From assembly GCA_963743875.1 (NCBI GenBank), contig CAVURM010000002.1, positions 84,740 through 108,739 on the forward strand: a stretch of DNA of 24,000 nt, read 5' to 3'. Positions 23,731 to 24,000 of the stretch are shown here, one piece after another. Origin of the DNA: an uncultured Solirubrobacterales bacterium (GTDB taxonomy: Bacteria; Actinomycetota; Thermoleophilia; Solirubrobacterales; 70-9). The translations under genes and the position numbers were made by a program. Under the pieces are notes generated by a model. It was not told where the DNA came from. It worked only from the letters and a program-made list of their open reading frames with translations, and did no database searches. The first letter of the stretch is position 1, and each line of letters begins with the position of its first letter.

Positions 23731-23802
23731 GTATGTCAATATCGCCAAGATGAGAGTGGAGCCGCAGCCACCACTGAGTCCGGCCAGGGTTAACCTCAGC
23801 CC

Positions 23803-24000
23803 ATGGCCATCACCCAGCGGGAAGCGCGGCAGCAGATCCTCGACGACCTCGGCGGGGCGAGCGAGCGGATCGGCTTCTCGGTCGCCTGCCTCGGCACTGC
23901 CTACGAGCTGCTCAGCATCGGTCCCGCCGACCGCCTGGAGGCCGAGTTGTACCGGCCGGTGCAGAAAGCGTACGGACGGGCCAAGCGAACCCGCTCCCAG
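23803..24000 (+). CDS. Hypothetical protein; 5' fragment that continues past the window end
   Basis: Not in the ORF track because no stop is reached. ATG 23803 opens MAITQREARQQILDDLGGASERIGFSVACLGTAYELLSIGPADRLEAELYRPVQKAYGRAKRTRSQ, with GC3-rich codons and no stop through the edge. The Shine-Dalgarno sequence is weak. Confidence 0.45.
   Translation, partial: MAITQREARQQILDDLGGASERIGFSVACLGTAYELLSIGPADRLEAELYRPVQKAYGRAKRTRSQ

Noticed and set aside
1-24000. Whole-window scan for tRNA/rRNA genes, CRISPR repeats, IS elements or integrases, and known defence-system genes
   Set aside because: I saw no T-loop/acceptor-like tRNA signatures, no regularly spaced repeats, and no transposase, recombinase, nuclease-helicase or defence-type proteins in any frame. 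The only accessory-type cassettes are the two toxin-antitoxin pairs.

Overview
This is a high-GC chromosomal segment of actinobacterial type. The protein styles loosely suggest Thermoleophilia or Solirubrobacterales, but that is inference only. I count about 31 protein-coding genes across both strands and recognised no rRNA, tRNA, CRISPR array, transposase or integrase. In window order the genes are: a 5' fragment of rocD (runs off the left edge), a secreted hypothetical protein, a FetA/FetB-type ABC exporter pair, a secreted lysyl-oxidase-like protein, an 864-aa PQQ-like beta-propeller protein, a ParE/RelE toxin with a small antitoxin, a membrane-anchored zincin peptidase, a membrane-anchored hypothetical protein, a frameshifted hotdog thioesterase-like gene, a frameshifted VOC/glyoxalase gene, a YefM-RelE module with a perfect palindromic operator, a RibD-C/DHFR-family reductase, an enoyl-CoA hydratase, a heliorhodopsin, a secreted GH1 beta-glucosidase (one frameshift), a secreted choice-of-anchor-L-like protein (one frameshift), a cytochrome P450, two divergent GNAT acetyltransferases, a tocopherol-cyclase-like protein, a hypothetical protein, a zinc-finger thioredoxin (TrxC type), a PlsC-type acyltransferase, a tiny membrane peptide, an archease-like protein, a translationally coupled TetR-SRPBCC pair, and a 5' fragment of a hypothetical gene at the right edge. 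The main finding is an intact heliorhodopsin gene at 12363-13139. It is a seven-helix retinal protein with inverted topology, and the Schiff-base lysine, the glutamate counterion and both signature histidines are conserved. No retinal-synthesis gene or obvious transducer gene lies within 24 kb. The second notable observation is nine reading-frame breaks between 7.49 and 15.0 kb, each repaired by deleting exactly one base. Many long ORFs in the six-frame track are high-GC antisense or alternative-frame artefacts and were rejected.
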